This document shows, in pieces, positions 40,229 to 52,057 of a DNA stretch of 64,000 nt. This stretch comes from Prevotella sp. Lineage in GTDB: Bacteria > Bacteroidota > Bacteroidia > Bacteroidales > Dysgonomonadaceae. Every line of letters begins with the position of its first letter. Within the stretch, counting starts at the first letter, position 1. The DNA lies in NCBI GenBank assembly GCA_031285625.1, contig JAITVV010000095.1:32001-96000 (forward strand). Reading direction: 5' to 3'. The notes under the pieces are model-generated. The model was not told the DNA's origin. It searched no databases and saw only the letters and a list, made by a program, of their open reading frames with translations. The translations under genes and the position numbers were made by a program.

Positions 40229-40273
40229 GGTCGCATCAAATACTTCTTTTACTTAATAACTCAAAATAAAATA

Positions 40274-40834
40274 ATGAATACAGCAAACGATAAAAAATGG
40301 AAGGTTATAAATAGTGAGTATCTCTTCCGCGAACCATGGCTTACAGTACGCCGCGACCATGTAGAACTACCCAATGGGAATCAGATACCACAGTATTATG
40401 TTTTGGAATATCCGAATTGGGTAAATACAATTGCAATTACCAAAGATCAGAAGTTTATCTTTGTGCGCCAATACAGACATGGTTTACAATGCACTTCTAT
40501 GGAATTGTGTGCAGGGGTAACAGAAAAAGAAGACGATTCACCAATGATATCCGCCCAACGTGAACTATTGGAAGAAACAGGATATGGCAATGGGAACTGG
40601 GTAAAATTTATGGAAACATCAGCCAACCCCGGAACACATACAAATATGACTTTTTGTTATCTGGCTACAGATGTAGAAAAGGTATCTGGTCAGAATCTGG
40701 AGCCAACTGAAGATATTTCTGTGCATCTGTTATCCCTAGAGGAAGTAAAAGAGCTTTTGCTCAACGATAAGATTGTACAGTCGATGCATGCCGCTCCATT
40801 ATGGAAGTATCTTGCTATAAACCATCTGATATAA
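40274..40834 (+). CDS. NUDIX hydrolase (ADP-ribose pyrophosphatase-like)
   Basis: RQYRHG, AQRELLEETG Nudix box. Confidence 0.9.
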   Translation: MNTANDKKWKVINSEYLFREPWLTVRRDHVELPNGNQIPQYYVLEYPNWVNTIAITKDQKFIFVRQYRHGLQCTSMELCAGVTEKEDDSPMISAQRELLEETGYGNGNWVKFMETSANPGTHTNMTFCYLATDVEKVSGQNLEPTEDISVHLLSLEEVKELLLNDKIVQSMHAAPLWKYLAINHLI

Positions 40835-41338
40835 TCAGAACTCAAGTTTATCTTTATAATTGCGAGAATTCGGATGCGGTACACCAAAAACCTTAGTAGA
40901 GATAGTATCTATTTCTACTTTCCATACCCGTACATTATTTACTGCCGGATCCGAATAAGTAAAGCTACGGTTTGAATAGTGCTTCATGATGATGTCCAAA
41001 GCTTTTACTTTTTCATCAAAGTCTTTCTCAAACATCACCTTACCGCGACAGATTACGCTACTGCCTTTCATCCGGTAACTGCAGGCTACCTCTTTATTCT
41101 GATACGTCAGGGTCGATTCCGTACAAAAAGTAATGCACACATTCGGATTTCTTTCTAAAGCATCTATACTACTTCCTTCCTGTGCCGAATGCAGATAAAT
41201 CACATCATCTTTATATCCAAAATTCATGGGTATCACATAGGGTAACCCATCAACATCCGTCATACCAACGTAGCAAATCGTATTTTTAGAAATAATCTCC
41301 TCAATCAGGTGGCGTTCTTCAATAGTAACTGTCATCAT
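40835..41338 (-). CDS. Pyridoxamine 5'-phosphate oxidase / Nim-like flavin-binding protein
   Basis: PYVIPMNFGY, IYLHSA..G, NPNVCITF. Confidence 0.85.
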   Translation of the reverse strand: MMTVTIEERHLIEEIISKNTICYVGMTDVDGLPYVIPMNFGYKDDVIYLHSAQEGSSIDALERNPNVCITFCTESTLTYQNKEVACSYRMKGSSVICRGKVMFEKDFDEKVKALDIIMKHYSNRSFTYSDPAVNNVRVWKVEIDTISTKVFGVPHPNSRNYKDKLEF

Positions 41339-41432
41339 AATGCAAAACTTTTTTCTTTAGAACAAATATAACAAAAAGAGCTGCATCATAAATGTCCGAT
41401 ACAGCTCTTTTATATTTTCAGTATATATCAGC

Positions 41433-43028
41433 CTACTTTTGCTTCAATAAGCTATTATATAATTTATCATCTTTGATAATCTCATACCCTTTCTTAAATG
41501 TTTCACTGTCTTCGTTAAACACACGAACCATTGTCTGGGTATCATACACATCTCGCCCTATATAAGCCTTGATCTGCCTCATAATGATATCTTTCGATTT
41601 ATTAAATCCTTCCTCATCATATTCTACATTTTCCTCCTCGCCTGCAGCAATCAATTTATCGATTATAGACTGAGGTACAGTATATTTGTGATAAAAATCG
41701 TTTGAAGTTGGATATTTCTTATGAATATCACTACGATGATTGTCAACTTCACTATATGCCACTTTCAATGTCAGATTTTTAATCCAAAGTTTTTTATAGT
41801 AATCGGAGACAAATGAAGTATCTGCAGGTACGAAATAATCTGGCATAATACCTCCACCACCATACACAATGCGGTGATTAACCAATGTTGTATATTTCAG
41901 AGAGTCCGGAAAATGAATGCTATCGGCATGCATCATCTCACCTTTATTGTATCGTTCTATCACATCCAGATTATATGATGACAGGTCACCCTTAGTATAA
42001 GGCTTCTGTATAGAGCGCCCGGTCGGTGTATAGTAACGGGCAACAGTCAGTCTTATCATCGATTCGTCCGGCAACGGTATTTGTCTCTGCACAAGGCCTT
42101 TTCCGAAGCTACGACGTCCCACAATGATACCTCTGTCCCAGTCCTGAATAGCACCTGATAAAATCTCGCTAGCTGAGGCCGAACCTTCATTGATAAGTAC
42201 TACGAGCTTCCCTTTTTCGAAGACGCCTTTCTCTGTAGCCAATTCATCTCTGCGCGGCTGACGGCTGCCTTCGGTATATACGATAAGCTTGCCTCTATCC
42301 AAAAAGTCGTCTGCCAGATCAATAGCGGGAGCCATGTATCCACCACCATTATATTCTAAGTCAAGAATAAGGTTTTCCAACCCTTCTTTCTTCAACTTAA
42401 GTAAGGTTTCGCGGAATTCTTTCGTTGTAGTAGCTCCAAAGCGTATAATACGGATATAGCCTGTATTGTTATCTACCATATAATTGGCATCGATACTATA
42501 AATAGGAATTTTATCGCGTACTATTTTGAAATCCAATAATTCGGAATTTCCTTTGCGTAATACTTTTATATTTACTGTAGTACCTTTAGGGCCTTTCAGC
42601 TTAGACATTACATCTTTTGTAGGCATCTTTACCCCGGCAATAAGCGTATCATCAACATACATGATTTTATCCCCGGCTCTAAGCCCTATCTTCTCAGATG
42701 GCCCCCCGGATAATGCCTCAATTACATAAAGTGTATCAGTAACCATATTAAAAGAAATACCGATACCATCGAAGTTCCCTTCTAACGGATCGTTCATATC
42801 TTTTACCTCATCAGGACTGATATATGTAGAATGTGGATCTAATTTTTCAAGTAACGACTTTACGGCATCCTCTGCCAATTTATCATCGTCTACTTTATCA
42901 ACATACATGTTCTCTATGATTGCCATCGTTGTAGCCACTTTCTTAGATCCTTCACTCATTTTGAACTGAGCTGACGAAGTAAGAACAATCGCAAAGAGAC
43001 ACAGAGTTGATATAATAACTCTTTTCAT
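41433..43028 (-). CDS. S41 carboxyl-terminal processing protease
   Basis: LDPHSTY, PDZ domain, SASASEI, SFGKGLVQ, YYTPTGRSIQ. Confidence 0.93.
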   Translation of the reverse strand: MKRVIISTLCLFAIVLTSSAQFKMSEGSKKVATTMAIIENMYVDKVDDDKLAEDAVKSLLEKLDPHSTYISPDEVKDMNDPLEGNFDGIGISFNMVTDTLYVIEALSGGPSEKIGLRAGDKIMYVDDTLIAGVKMPTKDVMSKLKGPKGTTVNIKVLRKGNSELLDFKIVRDKIPIYSIDANYMVDNNTGYIRIIRFGATTTKEFRETLLKLKKEGLENLILDLEYNGGGYMAPAIDLADDFLDRGKLIVYTEGSRQPRRDELATEKGVFEKGKLVVLINEGSASASEILSGAIQDWDRGIIVGRRSFGKGLVQRQIPLPDESMIRLTVARYYTPTGRSIQKPYTKGDLSSYNLDVIERYNKGEMMHADSIHFPDSLKYTTLVNHRIVYGGGGIMPDYFVPADTSFVSDYYKKLWIKNLTLKVAYSEVDNHRSDIHKKYPTSNDFYHKYTVPQSIIDKLIAAGEEENVEYDEEGFNKSKDIIMRQIKAYIGRDVYDTQTMVRVFNEDSETFKKGYEIIKDDKLYNSLLKQK

Positions 43029-43071
43029 ATTAAATATATTTATTAGCAACCAAGTTGCCGCGTTTACATCA

Positions 43072-43530
43072 TTAATCCAGATTTATACCCTCCGGTATAA
43101 ATTGGCTGACATCATGTCCGAACCGCAATAATTCACGGACAATAGTAGAACTGATATGTGTTAGGTTTGGTTCAGTGAATAATATAAAAGTTTCTATTCC
43201 TGATATATTCCGGTTCATATCGGCAATCGTTTTTTCATATTCGAAATCGTTTACCGACCGAATGCCACGTACAATAAAAGCGGCACCTGTCTCTTTTGCA
43301 TAATCTACAGTAAGGCTGTTATACGATCCAACAGATACCCGATCATCATCTTTGTATAAAGACCGGATCATTTCTATACGTTTTTCAAGGGAGAAGTAGC
43401 TTCTTTTAGCTTCATTCACACCAATAGCAATAACGATCTCGTCTACCAATTCGAGAGATCGTTTTACCAGTGAATGATGCCCTATAGTGAAGGGATCAAA
43501 AGTCCCCGGGAAGATAGCTTTTTTCTTCAT
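43072..43530 (-). CDS. coaD: Phosphopantetheine adenylyltransferase
   Basis: [30 protein letters not shown]. Confidence 0.96.
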   Translation of the reverse strand: MKKKAIFPGTFDPFTIGHHSLVKRSLELVDEIVIAIGVNEAKRSYFSLEKRIEMIRSLYKDDDRVSVGSYNSLTVDYAKETGAAFIVRGIRSVNDFEYEKTIADMNRNISGIETFILFTEPNLTHISSTIVRELLRFGHDVSQFIPEGINLD

Positions 43531-43533
43531 TCG

Positions 43534-45729
43534 TTAATTTGCCATATCAGATATAAACTTAATCCGTACCAGACGGATTTCGTCTTCGGAATACTCTCCC
43601 AATTCATTAATGGCTTCTTCCAAATCATCTGATTCGGCTTCCTGGAAATATTGGAATATATCATCCAGATGGTCTTCGTCTATTACTTCGCGGAGGAAGT
43701 AATCAATATTTATTTTTGTACCTGAGTATACTATAGCTTCCACTTCATTAAGTAACTCTACAAAGTCGATTCCTTTAGACTCGGCCAAGTCGTCTAAAGC
43801 TACTTTGCGGTCAATACCCTGTACAATGGCGACTTTCAGTTTCGACTTATTAGCTACGGTCCTTACGCGTAAATCTTCAGGACGCTCTATTTCATTCTCT
43901 TCTACATGTTTCTTTATTATTTGAAGGAATTCTGTCCCGTATCTTTTGGCTTTTCCGGCTCCTACTCCAGGGATATTTTGCAGTTCATCCATCGTAATAG
44001 GATAGATGGTAGCCATCGCCTCTAACGATGGATCCTGAAAGATAACATAAGGAGGAACATTGTTATTTTTAGCCATTTTCTTGCGCAGATCCTTCATGAT
44101 AGAGAATAACACAGGGTCTACAGCAGAACCGCCCCCACCGCCTTTTACAACGACATCATCGATATTATCATCATCATCCAAATCTTCTTCATCAGCTGTT
44201 GTAATCTTAAATGATGAAGGTTTCTTCAGAAAGTCCTTACCTTTTTTTGTTACTCTAAGCAGACCGTAATTCTCGATATCTTTATCGAAATATCCTGCTA
44301 TTAATGCTTGACGGATAACAGCATTCCATGTATCTTCATCTGCATCATCACCTGAGCCAAATACTTCGAGATCTTGATGCCCATAAGTTTCGATCTCAGA
44401 GGTTTCTTTTCCTCTCAGGATATTGATAACATAATCCGTTTTAAATTTTTCTTTTAACGCAACTACAGCTTCCAGAGCCGTTAATAATAAATCTTTAGCT
44501 TCCACTTGTTTTTTAGGATTTACACAATTGTCACAGTTCCCACAATTTCTTTCTTTATATTCTTCTCCAAAATAATGGAGCAATACTTTTTTTCTACAAA
44601 GGGCAGTTTCAGCATAAGCTGCAGTCTCAAGCAGGAGTTGTTTTCCAATCTCTTGTTCTGCGACAGGCTTTCCCTGCATAAATTTCTCCAATTTTTGCAA
44701 GTCTTTGAAAGAATAGAATGCAATACACTTTCCTTCTCCGCCATCACGTCCTGCACGCCCTGTCTCCTGATAATATCCTTCCAGACTCTTTGGCATATCA
44801 TAATGTATGACGTACCTCACATCGGGCTTATCTATCCCCATACCAAAGGCTATTGTTGCAACAATCACATTCACCTGTTCCATCAGGAATGCATCCTGAT
44901 TGGCAGATCGTGTATGAGCATCTAATCCTGCATGATAAGGTAATGCATTTATATTGTTTGTTTGTAATATCTCAGCAAACTCCTCCACCTTTTTACGGCT
45001 CAAACAATAAATAATTCCAGACTTGTTACCCTGAGACTTTATATATTTTATAATGTCTTTATCTACATTATTGGTCTTGGCACGAACTTCATAAAAAAGA
45101 TTATCACGGTTGAATGAAGCTTTAAAGACATCAGCCTCAACCATACCCAGATTTTTTTGTATATCCAATTGCACTTTTGGAGTAGCAGTTGCAGTAAGTG
45201 CAATTATCGGATGTTTCCCTATTTCGCCCACAATAGGACGAATTCGTCTGTATTCCGGTCTGAAATCATGCCCCCATTCAGAAATACAATGCGCTTCATC
45301 AATCGCATAAAATGATATTTGAATCTGGCGCAAAAAATCTATATTATCCTCTTTTGTAAGAGATTCGGGTGCTACATATAACAGCTTTGTCTTTCCTGAC
45401 AGTATGTCTCCTTTGACCTGCTCAATAGCAGCTTTATTTAGCGATGAATTTATAAAGTGAGCCACGCCGTCATCTTCACTAAAATTACGCATGGCGTCCA
45501 CCTGGTTCTTCATCAGGGCTATCAGTGGTGAAATAATAACAGCTGTACCATCCATCAATAATGCTGGCAGCTGGTAGCAAAGGGACTTTCCACCTCCCGT
45601 AGGCATCAACACAAAGGTATCCTTTTCATCCAATACATTTTGGATGATAGCTTCTTGGTTCCCTTTAAATTTGTCAAAGCCAAAATGCTCCTTTAAAGCA
45701 TGTGTTAGTATATCGTCTCTTTTCGGCAT
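43534..45729 (-). CDS. recQ: DNA helicase RecQ
   Basis: MPTGGGKSLCYQ, DEAHCISEWGHDFRP, RQC and HRDC domains. Confidence 0.96.
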   Translation of the reverse strand: MPKRDDILTHALKEHFGFDKFKGNQEAIIQNVLDEKDTFVLMPTGGGKSLCYQLPALLMDGTAVIISPLIALMKNQVDAMRNFSEDDGVAHFINSSLNKAAIEQVKGDILSGKTKLLYVAPESLTKEDNIDFLRQIQISFYAIDEAHCISEWGHDFRPEYRRIRPIVGEIGKHPIIALTATATPKVQLDIQKNLGMVEADVFKASFNRDNLFYEVRAKTNNVDKDIIKYIKSQGNKSGIIYCLSRKKVEEFAEILQTNNINALPYHAGLDAHTRSANQDAFLMEQVNVIVATIAFGMGIDKPDVRYVIHYDMPKSLEGYYQETGRAGRDGGEGKCIAFYSFKDLQKLEKFMQGKPVAEQEIGKQLLLETAAYAETALCRKKVLLHYFGEEYKERNCGNCDNCVNPKKQVEAKDLLLTALEAVVALKEKFKTDYVINILRGKETSEIETYGHQDLEVFGSGDDADEDTWNAVIRQALIAGYFDKDIENYGLLRVTKKGKDFLKKPSSFKITTADEEDLDDDDNIDDVVVKGGGGGSAVDPVLFSIMKDLRKKMAKNNNVPPYVIFQDPSLEAMATIYPITMDELQNIPGVGAGKAKRYGTEFLQIIKKHVEENEIERPEDLRVRTVANKSKLKVAIVQGIDRKVALDDLAESKGIDFVELLNEVEAIVYSGTKINIDYFLREVIDEDHLDDIFQYFQEAESDDLEEAINELGEYSEDEIRLVRIKFISDMAN

Positions 45730-45827
45730 ATTTCTAAAAAATAGACTATTGTATTTATTACGAAGATAAATTCCTTAATTTAATTCTCCAACTTAAAATA
45801 GACTATTTTTTGTCAAAAAAACAAACT

Positions 45828-47063
45828 TTATTGCGAATTTCTCAATTTAATTATCTGGGAGTTCTCGAGCTGCTCTACCGCATACTCTTTAGTAACGTGC
45901 AATTCGGTCTCTTTGGTTGATGGAATATTGAACATCGCATCCATCATTATTGTTTCCACAATAGACCTCAGCCCCCTGGCTCCTAATTTGTATTCAACAG
46001 CCTTGTCTACAATATATTCATATACGTCCTCTGCAAATGTAAGCGTTACATCATCCATTTTGAACAGTTTTACATATTGCTTGATGATAGAATTCTTTGG
46101 TTCTGTTAATATTCTTCTTAATGCGCTTCTATCTAATGCATCCAGATATGTCAGTATTGGCAAACGTCCAATAATCTCAGGTATAAGTCCAAATGACTTC
46201 AAATCCTGAGGTGCTACATATTGTAATAAGTTTTCACGGTCTACCTGTGCATTATTCTTCGATGAAGCATACCCCACAACCATAGTATTTAAACGTTGTG
46301 CTATCTTACGTTCGATCCCGTCGAAAGCACCACCACAGACAAATAATATATTTTTTGTATCCACTGCTATCATTTTCTGATCAGGATGTTTACGCCCCCC
46401 CTGAGGCGGTACATTTACAACAGATCCTTCAAGCAGCTTTAGCAACCCCTGTTGAACTCCCTCTCCGCTTACATCGCGTGTAATGGAAGGATTATCACTC
46501 TTACGGGCGATCTTATCTATTTCATCTATAAATACAATACCTCGTTCTGCAGCAGCAACATCATAATCGGATGCCTGCAACAGGCGGGTAAGGATGCTTT
46601 CAATATCTTCACCTACATATCCGGCCTCAGTTAATACTGTAGCATCTACTATGGCAAACGGCACATGAAGGAGTTTTGCTATTGTACGGGCTAATAATGT
46701 TTTGCCTGTACCGGTAGGACCTACAAGTATAATATTCGATTTTTCAATCTCGATATCATCATCTTTTCCTTGCAGCAGTCGCTTGTAGTGGTTATAAACG
46801 GCTACAGACAGATAGCGCTTTGCGCTATCTTGTCCTATAATGTATCCGTCAAGATATTCTTTGATAGTTCTGGGATCAGGTAGTTGATCTTTGTCTATTC
46901 CCAGAGCTGTTTTTTTAGCTTCAACGCTATCTTTTACTATTTGATATGCTTGTTCAGCACAGCTATCACAAATATCGGCTGACATACCGGAGATAAGCAT
47001 GTTCACATCTTTTTCCCCACGTCCACAGAAACTGCAATAACTGTTAGTATCTTTTTTTGACAT
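45828..47063 (-). CDS. clpX: Clp protease ATPase subunit
   Basis: CSFCG zinc finger, [24 protein letters not shown]. Confidence 0.97.
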   Translation of the reverse strand: MSKKDTNSYCSFCGRGEKDVNMLISGMSADICDSCAEQAYQIVKDSVEAKKTALGIDKDQLPDPRTIKEYLDGYIIGQDSAKRYLSVAVYNHYKRLLQGKDDDIEIEKSNIILVGPTGTGKTLLARTIAKLLHVPFAIVDATVLTEAGYVGEDIESILTRLLQASDYDVAAAERGIVFIDEIDKIARKSDNPSITRDVSGEGVQQGLLKLLEGSVVNVPPQGGRKHPDQKMIAVDTKNILFVCGGAFDGIERKIAQRLNTMVVGYASSKNNAQVDRENLLQYVAPQDLKSFGLIPEIIGRLPILTYLDALDRSALRRILTEPKNSIIKQYVKLFKMDDVTLTFAEDVYEYIVDKAVEYKLGARGLRSIVETIMMDAMFNIPSTKETELHVTKEYAVEQLENSQIIKLRNSQ

Positions 47064-47086
47064 TTATCCTTTTTGTGAGTAAATGA

Positions 47087-47755
47087 TTATTTGTTTTTTG
47101 TTAATACTTCATCTACCATACCATATTCTTTTGCTTCGGCTGAAGTCATCCAGTAGTCACGGTCTGAATCTTGTGCCACTTTGTCAAAAGGCTGACCTGA
47201 ATGATCGGATATAATAGTGTAAAGTTCTTTTTTGATCTTACCGATCTCACGTGCTGTGATCTCGATATCTGAAGCCTGCCCCTGAGCTCCACCAAGCGGC
47301 TGGTGAATCATCACGCGTGAATGCTTCAATGCAAAACGCTTTCCTTTTTGGCCTGCGACAAGCAATACAGCAGCCATAGATGCAGCTATACCTGTACAGA
47401 TAGTAGATACATCGCTGTTTATAAACTGCATTGTATCATATATTCCATAACCGGCATACACTGATCCTCCAGGAGAATTGATATAAATAGATATATCTTT
47501 TCCCGAATCGGCAGAATCAAGATATAATAATTGAGCCTGAATTACATTAGCTGTATAATCATCAACCTGTGTACCCAAAAAGATAATCCTATCCATCATC
47601 AAACGGGAGAAAACATCCATTTGAGCCACATTTAATTGGCGTTCTTCAATTATAGTAGGTGATATATAACTACTTGTTATATCAATATATTTATCAAGAG
47701 CTAATCCGTTTAAGCCTAAATGCTTTGTAGCATATTTTTTAAATTCATTGTTCAT
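47087..47755 (-). CDS. clpP: Clp protease proteolytic subunit
   Basis: [21 protein letters not shown]. Confidence 0.97.
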   Translation of the reverse strand: MNNEFKKYATKHLGLNGLALDKYIDITSSYISPTIIEERQLNVAQMDVFSRLMMDRIIFLGTQVDDYTANVIQAQLLYLDSADSGKDISIYINSPGGSVYAGYGIYDTMQFINSDVSTICTGIAASMAAVLLVAGQKGKRFALKHSRVMIHQPLGGAQGQASDIEITAREIGKIKKELYTIISDHSGQPFDKVAQDSDRDYWMTSAEAKEYGMVDEVLTKNK

Positions 47756-47938
47756 AACATTTCCTTTTTAATTTAATAATGTATTAGCATTGTTATATAA
47801 ACAATTATCATGCCAGTCATAAAGGCATAAAAAAAAGGCTAATAAAACAGCCTCATTTGATGCAAACAAAGTTATAAATAAAAAACTGAAAACCCGAAAT
47901 AATATTTATAGTATTTTCCATTATTTATATAAAAACAA

Positions 47939-47972
47939 ACGGGTAGTAAGAGTTTTCCTCTTTACTACCCGT
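47939..47972 (-). terminator. Hairpin downstream of tig
   Basis: ACGGGTAGTAA...TTACTACCCGT. Confidence 0.65.
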
Positions 47973-47993
47973 ATTTATCTGATACATCTTCAA

Positions 47994-49379
47994 TTATGCT
48001 TCTGTTTCCGCCTTATCCTCTTCTTTTTCGAAGAATTTACGGAATTCGTCCAGTGAGATAACTTTTTCTTCTACTCCCAGTTTTGTTTTCAGAACATCGA
48101 TAATCTTGTTTTCCATCGCACGGTCTAACAGATTGCGTGCATTATCTTTGTTCTTCAACATATCGTTGGCATAGTTTTCTACCATTTCTTCAGGAAGATT
48201 CATCATTCCATATTGTGCAAACTGAGCTCTTGCAGCCTGCATAGCAATGATCTTCATATCTTCATTTTCGATCTTAACATCAAAATCTTTAGCTATCTGC
48301 TCTTTGATCAGGTGGAATCTCAGGTCGGCAAGGATTTTTGGATAATCGTTTTCTACCGACTCTGCAGTCCTTTCTTCACCTGAGGCAATCAGCCATCTTT
48401 TAAGGAAAGCATCCGGGAACTGCAGATCACCAACTTTCTTCTCCAACAATTCTTTTGCATCAAGAAGGAATTTGTAATCGCTATCCGGAACAAACTGATC
48501 TGAAATAGTTTCTTTTACTTTTTCTCTGAAGTCAGCTTCTGTTGTAATGACTCCTTCTCCAAAAACCTTGTTAAACAAATCCTGATCAAGTTCGGCTTCT
48601 TTATAGCGAGTTATTTCAGTAATTGCAAACTGGAATTCAGGAGCAATTGCTTCAACAGCATTTTTGTCGATATGAAGCATAGAAGATATTTCTGCCTCAT
48701 TTCCATCATACGCTTTACCCGGATTAAATACGATCACATCGCCGGCTTTTGCTCCTACAAATTTAGCCTGTTCAGTTTCGTCTTTCATATATGATGGCAT
48801 CACAATACCGTCTTCAACAAAGATGCCGCCTTCTTTTACTTTTCCATCTTCAAGCTCAGAGATTTTACCTCTTATAAGGTCTGTTTCTTTAGCGCCTTCT
48901 TCTACTTTATCATATTTGCCATAATTAGCCTTATATGAATCTATTTGTTTCTCAACAAGTTCTTCATTCACTTCGATAGCATAATATGTGATTTTATCTT
49001 TTTTAGATAAAGCTAGTTTCATTTCCGGAGCAAGAGCCAGATCGAAAAAGAAGTCGTAATCGCCTTCAACAGAAAAATCTATTGGTTGTTGTTTTTCCTC
49101 GTTAGGAAGCGGCTCTCCTAAAACATTCAACTTATTCTCCTGAATATAATTATATAGATTTTCTCCTACCAGCTTATTTATTTCTTCTGCCAGCACCGAT
49201 TTACCATACATTTTTTTCACCATACCCATAGGCACAGTCCCAGGACGGAAACCCGGTATATTTGCTTTTTTGCGGAAAGTTTTTAGGGCGTTATCAAGTT
49301 TTTCCTGATAGTCTGCTTTAGCTACAGTAATTTGCAGAATAGCATTAACGCTATCTACATTTGTTAGAGATACGTTCAT
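47994..49379 (-). CDS. tig: Trigger factor
   Basis: IPGFRPG.VP ribosome-binding signature; upstream of clpP-clpX. Confidence 0.95.
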   Translation of the reverse strand: MNVSLTNVDSVNAILQITVAKADYQEKLDNALKTFRKKANIPGFRPGTVPMGMVKKMYGKSVLAEEINKLVGENLYNYIQENKLNVLGEPLPNEEKQQPIDFSVEGDYDFFFDLALAPEMKLALSKKDKITYYAIEVNEELVEKQIDSYKANYGKYDKVEEGAKETDLIRGKISELEDGKVKEGGIFVEDGIVMPSYMKDETEQAKFVGAKAGDVIVFNPGKAYDGNEAEISSMLHIDKNAVEAIAPEFQFAITEITRYKEAELDQDLFNKVFGEGVITTEADFREKVKETISDQFVPDSDYKFLLDAKELLEKKVGDLQFPDAFLKRWLIASGEERTAESVENDYPKILADLRFHLIKEQIAKDFDVKIENEDMKIIAMQAARAQFAQYGMMNLPEEMVENYANDMLKNKDNARNLLDRAMENKIIDVLKTKLGVEEKVISLDEFRKFFEKEEDKAETEA

Positions 49380-49625
49380 CTTAACGAGTTTATTTAGTTA
49401 TTGTTACAAATTTCAATCGAAATGTAAGAAAGGAATATCGTACTCCTTTTTTAGTGGTGCAAAAATAGTCTTATTATTGTAATATTCAAAGCGAAATAAT
49501 AATTTATTCGACTGGGTTAGTTAATAAAAAAACAAAGAAATGCGTTAAAAATATGTTTTGCAACATGTTTTATCACAAAAATTATATAACTTTGCTAATA
49601 AGATATTTTACATTATCAGTTTTGT

Positions 49626-50327
49626 ATGGTGGCAGATAGTAGTAATGTTATTAGTTTGTCGGAAAGCATTCCTGAAATATGGAATCTATTAAATGACAAA
49701 GAACAGTCCATGGTTGCGTCAAATGCAAGAATCATGGAGTTCAAAAAGAATGAGGTTATATATAGGGAAGAAGAGATTCCTATGGATTTGATGTGCCTGT
49801 GTAAAGGCAAAGTGAAAATATACAAAGACGGTGTCGGGGGGCGAAGTCAGATTATAAGAATGATACGACCAACCCAGTATTTCGGTTACCGGGCTTTTTT
49901 TGCCAACCAACCGTATGTTACCGCAGCATCAGCCTTTGAGCCTTCTACCATTTGCTTCATACCGATGAACCTCATCAACGAAATCGTCTCTACCAATTCA
50001 AAACTCGGATCATTTTTCATACGCGAACTATCTACTGATTTAGGTATTGCAGACGAAAGAGTTGTAAACCTTACCCAAAAACACATCCGCGGACGACTAG
50101 CTGAATCACTGATTTTCCTTATCGAAAATTACGGGCTCGAAGAAGATGGAGCCACCATCAGTATCTACCTGTCGCGTGAAGATCTGGCCAACCTGTCAAA
50201 TATGACAACCTCAAATGCCATCCGTACACTATCAACATTTGTTGACGAACACATCATAACGCTGGACGGACGAAAAATTAAAATCATAGACGAAGAAAAG
50301 CTCAGGAAAATAAGTAAAATCGGATGA
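49626..50327 (+). CDS. Crp/Fnr family transcriptional regulator
   Basis: cNMP-binding domain, SREDLANL..MTTSNAIRTLS HTH. Confidence 0.92.
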   Translation: MVADSSNVISLSESIPEIWNLLNDKEQSMVASNARIMEFKKNEVIYREEEIPMDLMCLCKGKVKIYKDGVGGRSQIIRMIRPTQYFGYRAFFANQPYVTAASAFEPSTICFIPMNLINEIVSTNSKLGSFFIRELSTDLGIADERVVNLTQKHIRGRLAESLIFLIENYGLEEDGATISIYLSREDLANLSNMTTSNAIRTLSTFVDEHIITLDGRKIKIIDEEKLRKISKIG

Positions 50328-51829
50328 TAACCCGAATTGCTCACAAATATCTGGACTATCAGTACAAAGAGGTAGACAGATTTATAAACAATCCTATAGA
50401 AACACAAGAGAAGATATTGAAATATCTGCTCAAAAACGGTGAGCAAACTTACTTCGGGCAACAATTTGATTTTTCCGCAATAAAGAATAGAGACGATTTC
50501 AGGAAACAGGTACCTGTATTTCACTATGAAGACCTACGCCCTTATCTTGATAAAATCTTAGTTGATAAACAACAAAATGTACTCTGGAACAAGCCTGTAA
50601 AATGGTTTGCCATGTCGTCGGGTACTACAGAAGATAAAAGTAAATATATACCTGTCACTCAGGAATCCCTGACCAAAGGGCACTATAAATGTGGTGAACA
50701 AATGCTCGCCATTTATGGCAGAGCAAACAGGAATGCCAGATTCTTTTTTGGTAAAACACTTGTACTGGGAGGTAGCAAACAGATAAATAATATTGGCGAC
50801 GGCATTTTCACAGGAGATATATCAGCCATTCTTATAAAGAATCTGTATTTCTGGGCTAAATTTAGCCGCACACCCGAAAGCATATCTCTCCTACCCGACT
50901 GGGAAACTAAGCTTCAGGCTCTAACAGATTATGCTGTAAAGAATGATGTGCGCGCCTTTATGGGTGTTCCGTCATGGCTATTGGTCTTACTGAAAAAGAT
51001 AAAAGCAGACACAGGGCGGGAACTAACGGATATATGGCCCAATCTGGAAGTGTTCTTCCATGGCGGTGTTAGTTTTACCCCTTTCGAAGAGCAGTATAAG
51101 AAAATGATACAAAAACCTGAGATGTGGTATTGGGAAACCTATAATGCTTCGGAGGGTTTCTTTGGTGTACAATTTGAGGAAGGCTCTAAAGAGATGCTGC
51201 TGATGCTGGACAGCTGTATTTACTACGAATTTGTCCCGATGAGTGAATGGGATAAAGAAAATCCAAGAACACTAACACTTGATGAAGTAGAAACAGGACA
51301 GAACTATGCCATCATAATTTCGACCAATGGAGGGCTGTGGCGATATATGATCGGTGATACAATTGAGTTCACCTCAACAACCCCTTATTTGTTCCACATA
51401 ACAGGCCGTACCAAGAATTTTATCAACGCATTCGGTGAGGAAATCATCATAGATAATGCCGAAAAAGCCTTATCCGAGGCATGCAAAGCAACAGGTGCGC
51501 AAATCACCGAATATACAGCTGCCCCTGTCTACTTCGACGATAATAATAATGGCGCTCACGAATGGCTGATAGAATTTGCTGTAGAACCTAACAGTCTTGA
51601 TAAGTTTATCGAGACACTGGATGAAGCTTTGAAGAAGGTAAATTCAGACTATGAGGCAAAACGGTCGTACAACCTTTCGTTGAATATGCCTATTGTAAGA
51701 AGTTTGCCTAAGGGTACCTTCAATGAATGGCTGAAATCTATCGGAAAGTTAGGCGGGCAAAATAAAGTACCACGACTGTCTAATAACAGGGATTATGTGG
51801 ATAGATTGTTGAGGTTTATAAAGGGATAG
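50324..51829 (+). CDS. GH3 (auxin-responsive promoter family) acyl-adenylating enzyme
   Basis: SSGTT, YNASEG, GLWRYMIGD, GGQNKVPRL. Confidence 0.9.
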   Translation: MITRIAHKYLDYQYKEVDRFINNPIETQEKILKYLLKNGEQTYFGQQFDFSAIKNRDDFRKQVPVFHYEDLRPYLDKILVDKQQNVLWNKPVKWFAMSSGTTEDKSKYIPVTQESLTKGHYKCGEQMLAIYGRANRNARFFFGKTLVLGGSKQINNIGDGIFTGDISAILIKNLYFWAKFSRTPESISLLPDWETKLQALTDYAVKNDVRAFMGVPSWLLVLLKKIKADTGRELTDIWPNLEVFFHGGVSFTPFEEQYKKMIQKPEMWYWETYNASEGFFGVQFEEGSKEMLLMLDSCIYYEFVPMSEWDKENPRTLTLDEVETGQNYAIIISTNGGLWRYMIGDTIEFTSTTPYLFHITGRTKNFINAFGEEIIIDNAEKALSEACKATGAQITEYTAAPVYFDDNNNGAHEWLIEFAVEPNSLDKFIETLDEALKKVNSDYEAKRSYNLSLNMPIVRSLPKGTFNEWLKSIGKLGGQNKVPRLSNNRDYVDRLLRFIKG

Positions 51830-51840
51830 TAGAATATAAA

Positions 51841-51875
51841 TAAAAATGGAGCTAGTAAAATTAGCTCCATTTTTA
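51841..51875. terminator. Intrinsic terminator, symmetric
   Basis: TAAAAATGGAGCTA-loop-TAGCTCCATTTTTA. Confidence 0.85.
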
Positions 51876-52057
51876 TTATATATACTGAAAAGTTACTCTG
51901 CGCTGAATCGTATATTCTTAAATTAAAATTTGTGTTAGCGGGGCAAATGTAATGCTTTGTAAATTGAGTTCGTAGGGATTTCAATATTAACTAATAGAAA
52001 TTAAACCTTTTGGTATTAGAGGTATCCAATACGTAACAACCTATTAAAATTACAGCC

